Assembly: GCA_018262985.1 (NCBI GenBank)
Contig: JADFDI010000001.1
Coordinates: forward strand, 325,027-389,026
Direction: 5' to 3'
From: Spirochaetota bacterium
GTDB lineage: Bacteria > Spirochaetota > Spirochaetia > Treponematales > UBA12059
Length of the DNA stretch: 64,000 nt
Position 1 is the first letter of the stretch, and each line of letters begins with the position of its first letter. The position numbers and the translations under genes are program-made. The notes under the pieces were generated by a model, which searched no databases, was not told where the DNA came from, and saw only the letters and a program-made list of their open reading frames with translations. This document shows positions 39,623 to 49,319 of the stretch, piece by piece.

Positions 39623-40726
39623 TTATAGGAGCTCGGTGCGGCCGAGGGCTTTCCAGGCTTCGACGGCGTCCTTGACGCGCTGGGTCTCGCCCTTGCGGGC
39701 GACGAGCACGGCGCCGTGCTTGACCACCACCACGAGGTCTTCGACGCCGCAGAGCGCCACGGGCAGGTCGGAGTAGACGAAGCAGCCGTTCGAGCCCGGC
39801 TCCACGACCTCGCCCGAGTGGCCCGAGAACAGGGCGGCGAACTCGTCCCAGCTGCCCACGTCGTCCCAGTCGAACGAGGCCGGGACGAGGGCGACGCGCG
39901 GGCACTTCTCGCTGACCGCGTAGTCGAGGCTGATGGCGGGCGCCTCGTCGTAGGCGGCCGCGAGGCCGTTCCAGGCTTCGAGCACATAGGCGCCCGAACG
40001 CGAGGCGAAGCGCGGCTCCGCGGCGGCGAGCGGCGCGAAGGCGGCGGCCACCTCCGGGGCGCGGGTTTCGAGCTCTTCGCGCATGAGGTCGAAGCGCCAG
40101 CCGTACATGCCGGAATTCCAGTAGAACTTGCCGGCCGCCAGGAAGGACTCGGCCGTGGCCCGGTCGGGCTTTTCGCGGAAGCGCGCCACCTTGTAGCCGG
40201 GCCCGAGCGGACCGGCGGTCTCGAGGTAGCCGTAGCCCGTGGCCGGTCCGCGCGGCTTGATGCCGAAGCACACCAGGTTTCCGGCCTCCGCGAGGGCGGA
40301 GGCGCGCGAGGCGTCCGCGACGAAGGCCTCAACCGGCTTGATCAGGTGGTCGCTGGTGAGGAGCAGGGCCGAGCCGCCCGCTTCCGGGGTCGGCGCGCGG
40401 CCGGGCAGGCCGGGCCTTCCGAGCAGGGCCAGGGCCGCCGCGACCGCGGGAGCCGTATTGCGCGCGCGCGGCTCGGGCAGCACGAGCACGCGCCCGTGGG
40501 CCTCCGGGAAGCCTTCCACCTCGGAGAGCAGGGCGTCGAGCTGGGCGGCTCCGCACACCACGAGCACCGAGCCCGAGGGTTTGAGCGCGAGGGCGCGTTC
40601 GAGGGCCATGCGGAAGAAGGAGAAGCCGCCCTCGACGGACATGAACTGCTTGGGACTCTTCGCCACGGAGGCGGGCCAGAGCCGGGTGCCGGCCCCGCCG
40701 GCCAGGATTACGATATCGGTGAACAT
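39623..40726 (-). CDS. mannose-1-phosphate guanylyltransferase (nucleotidyltransferase domain, no cupin/PMI domain)
   Basis: Trimmed to ATG 40726 (MFTDIVILAGGAGTRLWPAS...KQF). Confidence 0.8.
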   Translation of the reverse strand: MFTDIVILAGGAGTRLWPASVAKSPKQFMSVEGGFSFFRMALERALALKPSGSVLVVCGAAQLDALLSEVEGFPEAHGRVLVLPEPRARNTAPAVAAALALLGRPGLPGRAPTPEAGGSALLLTSDHLIKPVEAFVADASRASALAEAGNLVCFGIKPRGPATGYGYLETAGPLGPGYKVARFREKPDRATAESFLAAGKFYWNSGMYGWRFDLMREELETRAPEVAAAFAPLAAAEPRFASRSGAYVLEAWNGLAAAYDEAPAISLDYAVSEKCPRVALVPASFDWDDVGSWDEFAALFSGHSGEVVEPGSNGCFVYSDLPVALCGVEDLVVVVKHGAVLVARKGETQRVKDAVEAWKALGRTELL

Positions 40727-40930
40727 GCTTCCAACTGTACGCGCGGGGAGCCGGAGGGGCAAGCGCGAAAGGGGCGCCGCCGCGACCGGACGGCCCCGGG
40801 CGCCCGCCGGATGGACGCCGCCCCCATCCGGCGCGGCGGGCGGGCAGCGCGAGCCTTCCGGTGCCGTGGGGAGGGCGCCCGAATTGGTTGACCGCGGTCA
40901 CCGAAATCGGCGGAGGCGCCCGAGTTGCCC

Positions 40931-40959
40931 TTTACCCTTCCCCGATGTCCAGCTATAAA
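40931..40959 (+). promoter_or_regulatory. sigma70-type promoter candidate for ackA (TTTACC-N17-TATAAA)
   Basis: Read directly, about 35 nt upstream of the AAGGAG SD and ATG 40994. Confidence 0.35.
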
Positions 40960-40993
40960 TGAAGGGACCCACCATCCACGCAAGGAGCGGAAC

Positions 40994-42334
40994 ATGGACA
41001 TATTGACCCTGAACTGCGGCAGTTCCTCGGTGAAGTACCAGGTCTACGACTGGGACGCGAAGGAAGTGCTGGCGAGCGGCATCGTGGAGCGCGTGACGCT
41101 CGGCGGCTCGGTGATCAGCCACAAGGCGAAGGGCAAGGCCGAGTACGTCAACGAGCACGAGTGCCCCACGCACACGGTGGCCATCGAGCTGATCCTCGAG
41201 ACCCTGCAGCACCCGGAGTACGGCGTCATCAAGAGCATGTCCGACATCAAGGCCGTCGGCCACCGCATGGTCCACGGCGGCTCGAAGTTCGCCCGCAGCG
41301 CGATCATCACCGACGAGTTCCTCGAGACCTTCAAGAGCCTGACCGACCTGGCCCCGCTCCACAACCCCGCCAACCTGATGGGCGTCGAGGCCGCGCGCGC
41401 CGTGATGCCCGACGTGCCGCACTGCGCCGTCATGGACACGGCCTGGCACCAGACCATGCCCGAGACGAGCTACACCTACGCGGTGCCGCACGAGTGGCAG
41501 GACAAGCACATGGTGCGCCGCTACGGCTTCCACGGCACGAGCTTCCTCTACACGGCCAAGCGCGCCGCGGTGCTGCTCGGCCAGGACCCCTTCAAGACGA
41601 ACCTGGTCATCGCGCACATCGGCAACGGCGCCTCGATCAACGCGGTCAAGGACGGCGTCAGCTTCGACACCTCGATGGGCCTGACCCCCCTCGAGGGCCT
41701 CGTGATGGGCACGCGCTCCGGCGACCTCGACGCGGGCATCGTGTTCCACATCATGCGCCAGACCGGCATGAGCGCCTCCGACGTCGAGAAGAAGCTCAAC
41801 AAGGAGTCCGGCGTGCTCGGCGTCAGCGGCAAGTGGGCCGACCGCCGGGACATCGAGGTGAACGCCGAGAAGGGCGACCACCGCGCCAAGGTGGCGATGG
41901 AGCTGGAAGGCTACCGCATAAAGAAGTACATCGGCGCCTACATGGCCGCGCTCGGCCGCGTCGACGCGCTCGTCTTCACCGCCGGCGTCGGCGAGATGGG
42001 ACCGATGATCCGCGCGCTCGCGACCGCGGGCCTCGAGAACCTGGGCATCAAGTTGGACGCCGAGCGGAACGCCAAGGCCAAGTGCCGCAACGCGGAGCTC
42101 GAGATCAGCGCGCCGGACTCGAAGGTGAAGGTCTTCGTGATCCCCACCGACGAGGAGCTCGTGATGACCGAGGACGCCTGGGCCCTGGTGAACGGCAAGT
42201 ACGACGTGCACACCAAGTACCGCTACAGCTTCCAGGATGCTGGCTACGTCAACAAGCAGCGCGCCGAGGGCCTCAAGGCCGACCTGGCCAAGAAGCCCTA
42301 CCTCGCCGACCTGGTGGCCTCCCCGAGGAAATAG
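40994..42334 (+). CDS. ackA: acetate kinase
   Basis: Trimmed to ATG 40994 ([16 protein letters not shown]). Motifs [30 protein letters not shown]. It carries a C-terminal extension of about 45 aa relative to the ~400-aa enzymes I know. Confidence 0.95.
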   Translation: MDILTLNCGSSSVKYQVYDWDAKEVLASGIVERVTLGGSVISHKAKGKAEYVNEHECPTHTVAIELILETLQHPEYGVIKSMSDIKAVGHRMVHGGSKFARSAIITDEFLETFKSLTDLAPLHNPANLMGVEAARAVMPDVPHCAVMDTAWHQTMPETSYTYAVPHEWQDKHMVRRYGFHGTSFLYTAKRAAVLLGQDPFKTNLVIAHIGNGASINAVKDGVSFDTSMGLTPLEGLVMGTRSGDLDAGIVFHIMRQTGMSASDVEKKLNKESGVLGVSGKWADRRDIEVNAEKGDHRAKVAMELEGYRIKKYIGAYMAALGRVDALVFTAGVGEMGPMIRALATAGLENLGIKLDAERNAKAKCRNAELEISAPDSKVKVFVIPTDEELVMTEDAWALVNGKYDVHTKYRYSFQDAGYVNKQRAEGLKADLAKKPYLADLVASPRK

Positions 42335-42344
42335 CTCCGACGTC

Positions 42345-42474
42345 GAAGAAAACCACGGAGACACGGAGTCGGGGAGACAAGAGGGAGGAAGATCAGGTAG
42401 TAGGGACAAGAATGCTCTTGATCCCTCATGAATTCTCCCTCCTCCCTCCGTGCCTCCGTGCCTCCGTCGCTTCG
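42345..42474. repeat. full CACGGAG palindromic element downstream of ackA
   Basis: The left arm is gaagaaaaccacggagacacggagtcggggagacaagagggagg. The centre contains GAATTC. The right arm is ctccctcctccctccgtgcctccgtgcctccgtcgcttcg. Confidence 0.8.
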
Positions 42475-42573
42475 CGCCGCTTTCGAAGGGAAATGATCTT
42501 CGTGCGCGCTTTCGCGCGCGACCTCATCCGTGGTCCGATTCCTGGTCGGGTGGATTCGGGCCGATAATGGGCT

Positions 42574-43242
42574 ATGCGGAAGTTCCACGCCTTAGTCTGC
42601 CTGTTGCTCGCGGCTTGCCTGGCGGCGGGCGCCGCGGCGCAGGGCTCCGTCACCCTGGCCGCGGAGTTCCGGGCGGAGCTTGCGCCGGACCCGGCGGGCG
42701 GGGCCTCGCCGATAGGGCCCGAGGAGGCGGCGCGGCGCCTGCTCGAGGAGGCGCGCTGGAGCTTCGCCGGCATGATCCGCGGCTTCCGCTTCCGCTACGT
42801 GCCCGCCGACCTCGCCCGCGGCGTCGCCGAGCTCATCGAACTCGAGAGCCTCGGGGGCATACCCTGGGGCGACCCGGCCCTGCGCGTCGTGGAGACGGTC
42901 CGCTCGGAGGGCACCCTGCGCGCGCGCATCGAGTTTTCGTGCGACGCGTCGAGGGCGGCGGAACTGGCGGCGTGGCGCTCGGCGGATTTCATTGCAGCGG
43001 CGGGGACGGGGCGCGCGCGCGTGGCGGGCGGCGTGGAGCGGAGGCGTACGGCGGTCGAAGATGCCGTTGCGGAAGCGCTTCGCGGCCTTTTCCGGACGGT
43101 GGTCCTCGAGAAGCCGCGGGAGTTGACGGGGGTGCTGGCTTTCGCCGAAGCACCGCGTGTGGTCATCACCTCGGGGGACTATGTGGCCGTCGTCCGCCTC
43201 CGCGTCAAGGCAACCGAAATCCGCCCCTACCCCGCCTATTGA
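42574..43242 (+). CDS. hypothetical lipoprotein
   Basis: 222-aa track ORF with a lipobox-type signal, MRKFHALVCLLLAAC. I do not recognise the family. Confidence 0.6.
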   Translation: MRKFHALVCLLLAACLAAGAAAQGSVTLAAEFRAELAPDPAGGASPIGPEEAARRLLEEARWSFAGMIRGFRFRYVPADLARGVAELIELESLGGIPWGDPALRVVETVRSEGTLRARIEFSCDASRAAELAAWRSADFIAAAGTGRARVAGGVERRRTAVEDAVAEALRGLFRTVVLEKPRELTGVLAFAEAPRVVITSGDYVAVVRLRVKATEIRPYPAY

Positions 43243-43245
43243 GCT

Positions 43246-43392
43246 GAAACACGGATGTACCCACGGTGGCACGGAGGATTGGAGGGAGGAATAGGGAAGG
43301 GGAAACGAACGGGAAGAAGAATTCCGGTTATCCCGAACCCGTTCTCTACTTCTCCCTCTTCTCTCCGTGCCTCAGTGCCTCCGTGGTATTCC
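43246..43392. repeat. full CACGGAG palindromic element in the lipoprotein/acyltransferase convergent spacer
   Basis: The left arm is gaaacacggatgtacccacggtggcacggaggattggagggagg. The centre has GAATTC and a nested GAACGGG/CCCGTTC pair. The right arm is ctccctcttctctccgtgcctcagtgcctccgtggtattcc. Confidence 0.8.
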
Positions 43393-43395
43393 CTG

Positions 43396-44280
43396 TCATG
43401 ACAGAGTCTTCTCGACCTCGGCGTGGAGCTCGTCCAATCCCTTCATGATCTCGTCGACGATGGCCTGCTTGCGGTCGTGCCCGAAGTGCACCGCTTCCTT
43501 GACCTTCCCGCGGAACTCGGACGGATCGATCATCGCGCTGGCCTGGTAGACCACGCGGTCCCGGACGAGCAGATCTTCCTGCATCTCGCCCTTCTCGGAA
43601 ATGCGGAAGATGTTGCCGTTGATCGAGACTAGCATCATGTGGTCGAAGTTCTTGACGTAGCTGTCGATCTCGCGGACGCCCTTCTTGCTCGTCGGGTCCC
43701 AGGGACGGTAGCGCGTGCCCGAGGGAAAGACGAGCACGATGCGGCCGGCCTTCTTCTCCTCGGCGAGCACCTTCATGGCGGCGCGGTTGATGCTCATGCC
43801 CTTCATCATTTCCGCGACGGCTTCGGCCGCCTGGCTCGGGTGCTCCTTGATGGACTGGAGCGCGCGGCTCGGCACGATGACGATGCGCGTGTAGGCTTCT
43901 GCGAAGGCGAGGACGATGGGGTGCGACTCGTTGAGCTTCACGCCGGCGATGGCCACCAGGCGGTCGGCGACGCGCGCGCCCTCCGGTCCGCGCTTCCTGA
44001 GCAGGTAGTGGAAGATCGGAAGGTCGAAGTTGGAGTAGTGCTCCATGAGGAGCAGGCAGGATTCGCCCCGGGCCGCCGCCTCGGCGAGCTCGGCGAGGCG
44101 CTCGAAGCCGCGGATCTCCGAGCCGGGGAGCAGGTTTTCCTCGAGGATGCGGTCGATGAAGGGCAGGATGTCCGCGTTGCCGTGCTGCAGGACGTTCTCG
44201 TCCGTCACCTGCATCTGCCCGCGGGATTTCTTGAGCATTTCCATGATCACGTCGCGGTATCGTACGCTGAGCGGCTCCAT
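43396..44280 (-). CDS. phospholipid/glycerol acyltransferase family protein (PlsC/GPAT-like)
   Basis: 294 aa with the HxxxxD block in LLLMEHYSNFD and the FPSGTR block. Confidence 0.7.
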   Translation of the reverse strand: MEPLSVRYRDVIMEMLKKSRGQMQVTDENVLQHGNADILPFIDRILEENLLPGSEIRGFERLAELAEAAARGESCLLLMEHYSNFDLPIFHYLLRKRGPEGARVADRLVAIAGVKLNESHPIVLAFAEAYTRIVIVPSRALQSIKEHPSQAAEAVAEMMKGMSINRAAMKVLAEEKKAGRIVLVFPSGTRYRPWDPTSKKGVREIDSYVKNFDHMMLVSINGNIFRISEKGEMQEDLLVRDRVVYQASAMIDPSEFRGKVKEAVHFGHDRKQAIVDEIMKGLDELHAEVEKTLS

Positions 44281-44304
44281 CGGCGACCTCCTGGACCGAG
44301 GGCG

Positions 44305-44333
44305 AGTATAGGCGCGGGACCGGGAAGCGTCAA
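44305..44333 (-). promoter_or_regulatory. sigma70-type promoter candidate for the acyltransferase gene (TTGACG-N17-TATACT)
   Basis: Read on the minus strand, about 25 nt upstream of ATG 44280, with AGGAGG in between. Confidence 0.5.
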
Positions 44334-44378
44334 TCGAAGACGCCCTCCGTCGAAAGGGGCCGCCGCTTCCGGGAGCCG

Positions 44379-44387
44379 TGTTATAAT
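44379..44387 (+). promoter_or_regulatory. extended -10 promoter candidate (TGTTATAAT) for the second ABC operon
   Basis: A perfect TATAAT with the upstream TGn, 38 nt before GTG 44426. No good -35 is present. Confidence 0.4.
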
Positions 44388-44425
44388 CCCGCGCGAAGTC
44401 GCTCTGGTTTCCGGGGGGTACCTCA

Positions 44426-45367
44426 GTGCTGCATTACCTGGCCAGGCGGATCGTCTCCACGTTGCCGATCCTGCTGGGCGTCGCGCTCGTCTTCTTCCTG
44501 GTGTTCAACCTGGTGGGCGGCAGCGAGCGCTTCCTCTACAACATCCTGCCGCCGAAGGGTCGGACGCCCGAGACCATCGACCAGTACCGCGAGGCGTACG
44601 GCCTCGACCGGCCGGTCATCGTGCAGTTCCTCGACACGGTGGGCGACATGGTGACGTTCGACTTCGGACGTTCGGAAAGCACGCGGCAGAAGGTGAGCTA
44701 CCTGATCGCGCGCTACGTGCCGGCGAGCGCCGCGCTCGCGGTGCCGGCCTTCGTCGTCGAGATCGCGCTCGCGCTCGCGCTGGCCATGCTCTGCGCGCGG
44801 ACCCGCGGCCGCTGGCCCGACCGCCTGGTGGGCGTGCTTTCGGTGGCGGGCATGAGCCTGCCCATGCTGGCCCTCGTCATCATCGGCCAGCGCTTCCTCG
44901 CCTTCGAGGCCGGGCTTTTCCCCATCTCGGGCTGGACCCGGGGCCTCGGCGCGATCCGCTACCTGGCGTTGCCCTGGCTGCTCTGGGTGACCGTGTCGGT
45001 CGGCTACGACGTGCGCTTCTTCCGCACGGCGCTGGTGGAGGAGCAGGGGAAGGAATACGTCCGGGCCGCCCTGGCCAAGGGCATGCCGAGGCGCCTCGCC
45101 ATGCGGCGGCACGTGCTCCGCAACGCCATGGTGCCGATCCTGACCTACGTGGTCATCCAGGTGCCCTTCCTGCTCACGGGTTCCATGCTGCTCGAGCGCT
45201 TCTTCTCGATACCGGGCATCGGCGAATTGCTGGTGCAGGCCATACTCTCGTACGACCTTCCGGTGATGAAGGCGACCGTGACCTTCTACACGCTCTTCTT
45301 CATCGGCTTTTCCGTACTGACCGACCTGCTCTACGCGGCGGTGGACCCGCGGGTGAGGCTCGGATGA
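44426..45367 (+). CDS. peptide/nickel-type ABC transporter permease (DppB/OppB-like)
   Basis: 313 aa, GTG start, MLHYLARRIVSTLPILLGVALVFFLVF, EYVRAALAKGM motif. Confidence 0.85.
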   Translation: MLHYLARRIVSTLPILLGVALVFFLVFNLVGGSERFLYNILPPKGRTPETIDQYREAYGLDRPVIVQFLDTVGDMVTFDFGRSESTRQKVSYLIARYVPASAALAVPAFVVEIALALALAMLCARTRGRWPDRLVGVLSVAGMSLPMLALVIIGQRFLAFEAGLFPISGWTRGLGAIRYLALPWLLWVTVSVGYDVRFFRTALVEEQGKEYVRAALAKGMPRRLAMRRHVLRNAMVPILTYVVIQVPFLLTGSMLLERFFSIPGIGELLVQAILSYDLPVMKATVTFYTLFFIGFSVLTDLLYAAVDPRVRLG

Positions 45368-46344
45368 GCGGGGGGATCGTGGACAAGGGAAGGGAAGGCG
45401 GGGCCTCCGCGGCGCGCGGCGCCGCGGCGATCGGCGGCGCGACGCGGGGGCGCGAGCGCGGCATGAGCCCGTTCCGGCTCTCCATGCGGCGCCTCGCGCG
45501 CGACCGTTCGGCCATGGCGGCGGCGGCCATCATCACGGCGTTCATCGCGACCGCGCTGGTCGCGGGCACGGGCGCCTTCGGCATCAAGGAAGCGGCCACG
45601 GTTTTCGACGAGAACAGCCTCGACACGATGCGCTACCTGCCCGTCGGCACGGAAGGCCACGTCCTCGGCACCGACGGCTTCGGGCGCGACGTGCTCGCGC
45701 GCTCGATCATGGGCATCCGCACGGCGCTCTACCTCGGCTACCTGGCCGGCCTCATGACGGTGCCGATCGCCCTGCTGCTCGGCGCCGTGGCCGGCTGGTA
45801 CGGCGGCCTCGTCGACGACGCGGTCACCTGGCTGATGAGCGTCGTGGTGGCGGTGCCCGGCATCCTCCTCATCATGAGCCTGATCCAGATCGTGGGAAAG
45901 AGCTTCACCACCATGGCCTTCGCCTTCGCGGTGACCGGCTGGGTGGGGCTCGCCCGCGTGGTGCGCGGCGCCTTCCTGCAGGCGCGCGAGAGCGAGTACG
46001 TGCTCGCGGCCCGCGCCCTCGGCGCCGGCGACGCGCGCATCGTGTTCCGGCACGTGCTGCCGAACGTCTTCCACTTCGTCACGGTGAACTTCGTGCTCCA
46101 GTTCGTCGGCGTCGTGAAGAGCGAGGTCTTCCTCGCCTTCGTGGGCCTGACCCTGGTCGGCGAGGCCACCTGGGGCTCCATGATAGACTCCGCGCGCTCG
46201 GAGGTTTCCTCGGGCCGCTGGCAGAACCTGATCGGCCCGACGCTGTTCATGGGGATCTTCCTGATGGCCATGACCGTCTTCGGCGATTCGCTTCGCGACG
46301 CCCTCGACCCGAAGCTCAAGAACGCCGAGGAGGTCCGGTCGTGA
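45364..46344 (+). CDS. peptide/nickel-type ABC transporter permease (DppC/OppC-like)
   Basis: These are the last 327 codons of the artefactual track ORF 43639..46344. ATG 45364 forms an ATGA overlap. Motifs GTDGFGRDVLAR and YVLAARALGAGDARIVFRHVLPN. Alternative start ATG 45463. Confidence 0.85.
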   Translation: MSGGIVDKGREGGASAARGAAAIGGATRGRERGMSPFRLSMRRLARDRSAMAAAAIITAFIATALVAGTGAFGIKEAATVFDENSLDTMRYLPVGTEGHVLGTDGFGRDVLARSIMGIRTALYLGYLAGLMTVPIALLLGAVAGWYGGLVDDAVTWLMSVVVAVPGILLIMSLIQIVGKSFTTMAFAFAVTGWVGLARVVRGAFLQARESEYVLAARALGAGDARIVFRHVLPNVFHFVTVNFVLQFVGVVKSEVFLAFVGLTLVGEATWGSMIDSARSEVSSGRWQNLIGPTLFMGIFLMAMTVFGDSLRDALDPKLKNAEEVRS

Positions 46345-47471
46345 GCGTCGAACGCGATACTGCTTCCGCGCCGAGGGGAGGCGTCCCGAAACCGGGAAAC
46401 GCGGGGCCGGGCGCTCCGCGGTCCGCCGCGCCGGCCGGCGCCGCGCGTCCGCTTCCCGCGAGGCCGGCGGGCCTCGCCGCCGCGCTCGCGGCCGAAGCAC
46501 CGGTCCTCGACGTGCGGAACCTGGCAGCCTGGTACTTCACCGATGAAGGCACGGTCAAGGCCGTGGACGGCGTCGGCTTCAAGCTGGGGAAGGGCAAGAC
46601 CCTCGGCCTCGTGGGCGAGTCCGGTTGCGGCAAGACCGCGACGGGGCTCGCCGTGCTCGGGCTCCTGCCGCCGCCCGGCCGCGTGGTACGCGGCGAGGCG
46701 GTGCTCGGCCGGCGCGACCTCCTGCGCATGCCGGAGGCGGACCTCGCGGCGATGCGGGGCCGCGACATCGCCATGATCTTCCAGGAACCCATGAGCGCGC
46801 TCGATCCGCTGATGACCGCGGGCGAGCAGATCGCCGAATGCCTCGAGATGCACACCGCCCTCGACCGCCGCGAGCGGGCGGAGAAGGCGGTGGAGCTGCT
46901 CGCCTCGGTGGGCGTGCCGGAACCCGCCCTGCGGGCCAAGGCCTGGCCGCACGAGCTTTCGGGCGGCATGCGCCAGCGCGTCGTCATCGCCATGGCGCTG
47001 GCCTGCGACCCGAAGGTGGTCATCGCCGACGAACCGACCACGGCCCTCGACGTCACGGTCCAGGCGCAGATCCTCGACCTGATCGAGGACACGCAGGAAC
47101 GCACCGGCATGGGCGTGATCCTGGTGACCCACGACCTCGCGGCCGTCGCGCAGGCCGCCGACGAGGTGGCGGTCATGTACGCCGGCGTCCTCGTCGAGAC
47201 GGGACCCGTCAAGGACGTCTACGCGCACCCCGCGCATCCCTACACCAAGGCCCTGCTCGGCTCCATCCCCGTGGTGGGGCAGGCCGCACGGCAGCTCGTG
47301 ACCATACCCGGGCGCGTGCCGAACCTGGCGCGCCTGCCATCGGGCTGCCGTTTCGCCGACCGTTGCCCGCTGGCCGAAAGCGCCTGCCGAGCCGTCGAAC
47401 CGGACTTGGTGGACCTCGGGGCCGGCCGCAGGGTCCGCTGCATCCTGGCGACGGGGAGGGCCGCGCGATGA
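46341..47471 (+). CDS. ABC transporter ATP-binding protein (DppD/OppD-like) with a ~55-aa low-complexity N-terminal extension
   Basis: GTG 46341 forms a GTGA overlap. Motifs [33 protein letters not shown]. The true start may be further downstream. Confidence 0.85.
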   Translation: MSVERDTASAPRGGVPKPGNAGPGAPRSAAPAGAARPLPARPAGLAAALAAEAPVLDVRNLAAWYFTDEGTVKAVDGVGFKLGKGKTLGLVGESGCGKTATGLAVLGLLPPPGRVVRGEAVLGRRDLLRMPEADLAAMRGRDIAMIFQEPMSALDPLMTAGEQIAECLEMHTALDRRERAEKAVELLASVGVPEPALRAKAWPHELSGGMRQRVVIAMALACDPKVVIADEPTTALDVTVQAQILDLIEDTQERTGMGVILVTHDLAAVAQAADEVAVMYAGVLVETGPVKDVYAHPAHPYTKALLGSIPVVGQAARQLVTIPGRVPNLARLPSGCRFADRCPLAESACRAVEPDLVDLGAGRRVRCILATGRAAR

Positions 47472-48697
47472 ACGACGACGGAAACGGATTCCTGGTGGAC
47501 GCGCGCGGGCTCGAGAAGCGCTTTCCCGTCAAGGCGGGCTTTCCGCGGCGGACGGTGGCGGAGGTGCGGGCCGTCGACGGCGTCTCCTTCGAGGTCCGGC
47601 GGGGACGGACCTTCGGCCTCGTGGGCGAATCAGGGTGCGGCAAGACCACGCTCGCGCGCACCATGGTGGGCCTCTACCGCCCCACGGCGGGCTCGCTCTT
47701 CTTCGATACGCCCGCGGACAAGGTCGAGCTGGTGCTCGAGCTGCGCCGGAAGATAGCCGAGGCCGGAACCGTTCGAGGTCCCGCCGCCCGCGCCGAGCTG
47801 TCTGGCCTGGAGGAGCGCCTCGAGGTGCTCAGGCGCGAGTACGACGTCTATTCCCTTCCGAAGCGGAAGCTCGCGGCCAGGCGGCGCGAATTCCAGCTCG
47901 TGTTCCAGGACCCCTGGGGCTCGCTCGACCCGCGCATGACCGTCGGGCACATCGTGGGCGAGGGACTCGCGGTGCATGGCATCGGCGGAAGCCGCGCCGA
48001 GCGCGCGGCCCTGGTGCGGGACACGCTCGTCTCCTGCGGCCTCGACCCCGACGCGATCGACCGCTATCCTCACGAGTTCTCCGGAGGCCAGCGGCAGCGC
48101 ATCGGCATCGCGCGCGCGCTCGCGCTGAGGCCGAAGCTGCTCGTGCTGGACGAGCCGGTGTCGGCCCTCGACGTGTCCATCCGCGTGCAGATCCTGGACC
48201 TGCTCAAGGATATCAAGGAAGCCTACGGGCTCACCTACGTCTTCATCGCCCACGACCTGGCCGTGGTCGAGCGGGTGGCGGACGAGGTCGGGGTCATGTA
48301 CCTCGGCAAGATAGTCGAACGCGCGGCGCGCGCGGACCTGTTCAGCCGACGCTACCACCCCTACACGCGCGCCCTCATCGACGCGGCGCCCGTGCCCGAC
48401 CCCAACGTGGAAAGGCGCCGCGCGCCCGTCCGCGGCGAGCCGCCTTCGCCGATAGCGCCGCCTCCCGGCTGCCGCTTCCACCCCCGCTGCCCGGAGGCCG
48501 TCGAGCGCTGCCGCCTCGAGGAACCGCCGCTCGCGCAGGCGGCCCCGGGCCACTACGTCGCGTGCTGGATGCGTCCGCCGCACCGGGCGGCACCCGGCGC
48601 GGATCGCCCGGGCCTGGCGGCCGCGTTCGGTCCCGGCCCCGTCGTCCGGCCGACGCCCGCGCCGGGCCGCTCGACGGGCCGCGCGGGCGGAGCCTGA
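47468..48697 (+). CDS. ABC transporter ATP-binding protein (DppF/OppF-like) with a ~45-aa helical insertion after Walker A
   Basis: ATG 47468 forms an ATGA overlap. Motifs [35 protein letters not shown]. The insertion [46 protein letters not shown] precedes the Q-loop. The tail is Pro/Ala-rich. Confidence 0.85.
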   Translation: MNDDGNGFLVDARGLEKRFPVKAGFPRRTVAEVRAVDGVSFEVRRGRTFGLVGESGCGKTTLARTMVGLYRPTAGSLFFDTPADKVELVLELRRKIAEAGTVRGPAARAELSGLEERLEVLRREYDVYSLPKRKLAARRREFQLVFQDPWGSLDPRMTVGHIVGEGLAVHGIGGSRAERAALVRDTLVSCGLDPDAIDRYPHEFSGGQRQRIGIARALALRPKLLVLDEPVSALDVSIRVQILDLLKDIKEAYGLTYVFIAHDLAVVERVADEVGVMYLGKIVERAARADLFSRRYHPYTRALIDAAPVPDPNVERRRAPVRGEPPSPIAPPPGCRFHPRCPEAVERCRLEEPPLAQAAPGHYVACWMRPPHRAAPGADRPGLAAAFGPGPVVRPTPAPGRSTGRAGGA

Positions 48698-48702
48698 TTC
48701 CC

Positions 48703-49197
48703 GTGGGTTTCTACGCGGCGCGGCTCTCGAAGGACGGGAAGCGCCTGCTTCTCGGCATGGGTACCGGACTGCGGCTCTCGCTCGCGGTCGCGTTCATCCT
48801 GGCGCTCGCGAGCCTCGTCCTCGAGGGGCGCTGGCTCGGCCTGGCCGCCGCCTCGAAGCTCGGGTCGGCGCTGGTGCTGGTCCTGCTCGGCGCCGCCGCG
48901 TTCTACCGCGACGAAATCCTCGTCGATCGGGCCGCGCTCACGGTTTCCCTGATCCGCGGCCTCGGGCCCCTGGTCTCGAGGACAGACCGGCCCCTGTCCG
49001 ATTTGAGCGCCCTCGAGCTTTCGTGGCACGGCGTCCGGAAGCCCGGCTTCGGCGACGAGCGCCGCGCCCTGGTGACCCTGGAACTCGGCGGCAGGCAAGC
49101 GCTGCTCGAACGCTCCATTCCCGAACGCAAAGCCCGCGCGCTCGCCGCGGCGCTCGCGGCCTTCATGCCGCCTCCCTTCGAGGTCCGGGAAACCTGA
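48703..49197 (+). CDS. hypothetical 2-TM membrane protein (paralog of 31746..32264)
   Basis: In-frame tail of track ORF 47635..49197, with GTG 48703 lying 6 nt after the ATPase stop. It has two hydrophobic helices followed by AAFYRDEILVDRAALTVSLIRGLGPLVSR...LSALEL, which aligns with AAFYEERWTFDPARGLVSSRIGLVFLARR...LTGLSI of the 31746 protein. Confidence 0.5.
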   Translation: MGFYAARLSKDGKRLLLGMGTGLRLSLAVAFILALASLVLEGRWLGLAAASKLGSALVLVLLGAAAFYRDEILVDRAALTVSLIRGLGPLVSRTDRPLSDLSALELSWHGVRKPGFGDERRALVTLELGGRQALLERSIPERKARALAAALAAFMPPPFEVRET

Positions 49198-49200
49198 CGC

Positions 49201-49251
49201 GCCGTGCAGCGCCGCCCGCCCGAGAATGCGGCGTGCAAGCGCAAACCCGGC
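49201..49251. repeat. partial tandem duplicate of the 5' part of the 155-bp element
   Basis: gccgtgcagcgccgcccgccc..gcggcgtg....gcaaacccggc is repeated 93 bp downstream at 49294..49346. Confidence 0.7.
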
Positions 49252-49319
49252 GCAGCGCCTCGCGGATACGCCGAGTACAACGCGAAGCGCCAAGCCGTGC
49301 AGCGCCGCCCGCCCCGGCA

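Noticed and set aside
43266-43282. TGGCACG-GAGG-ATTGG inside a palindromic element as a sigma54 promoter
   Set aside because: The -12 GC dinucleotide is missing (GG instead), and the string is part of the repeat arm.
43639-46344. 901-aa + strand ORF spanning the acyltransferase gene and two permease genes
   Set aside because: The first ~575 codons are antisense or alternative-frame low-complexity sequence. Only the last 327 codons (from ATG 45364) show permease motifs.
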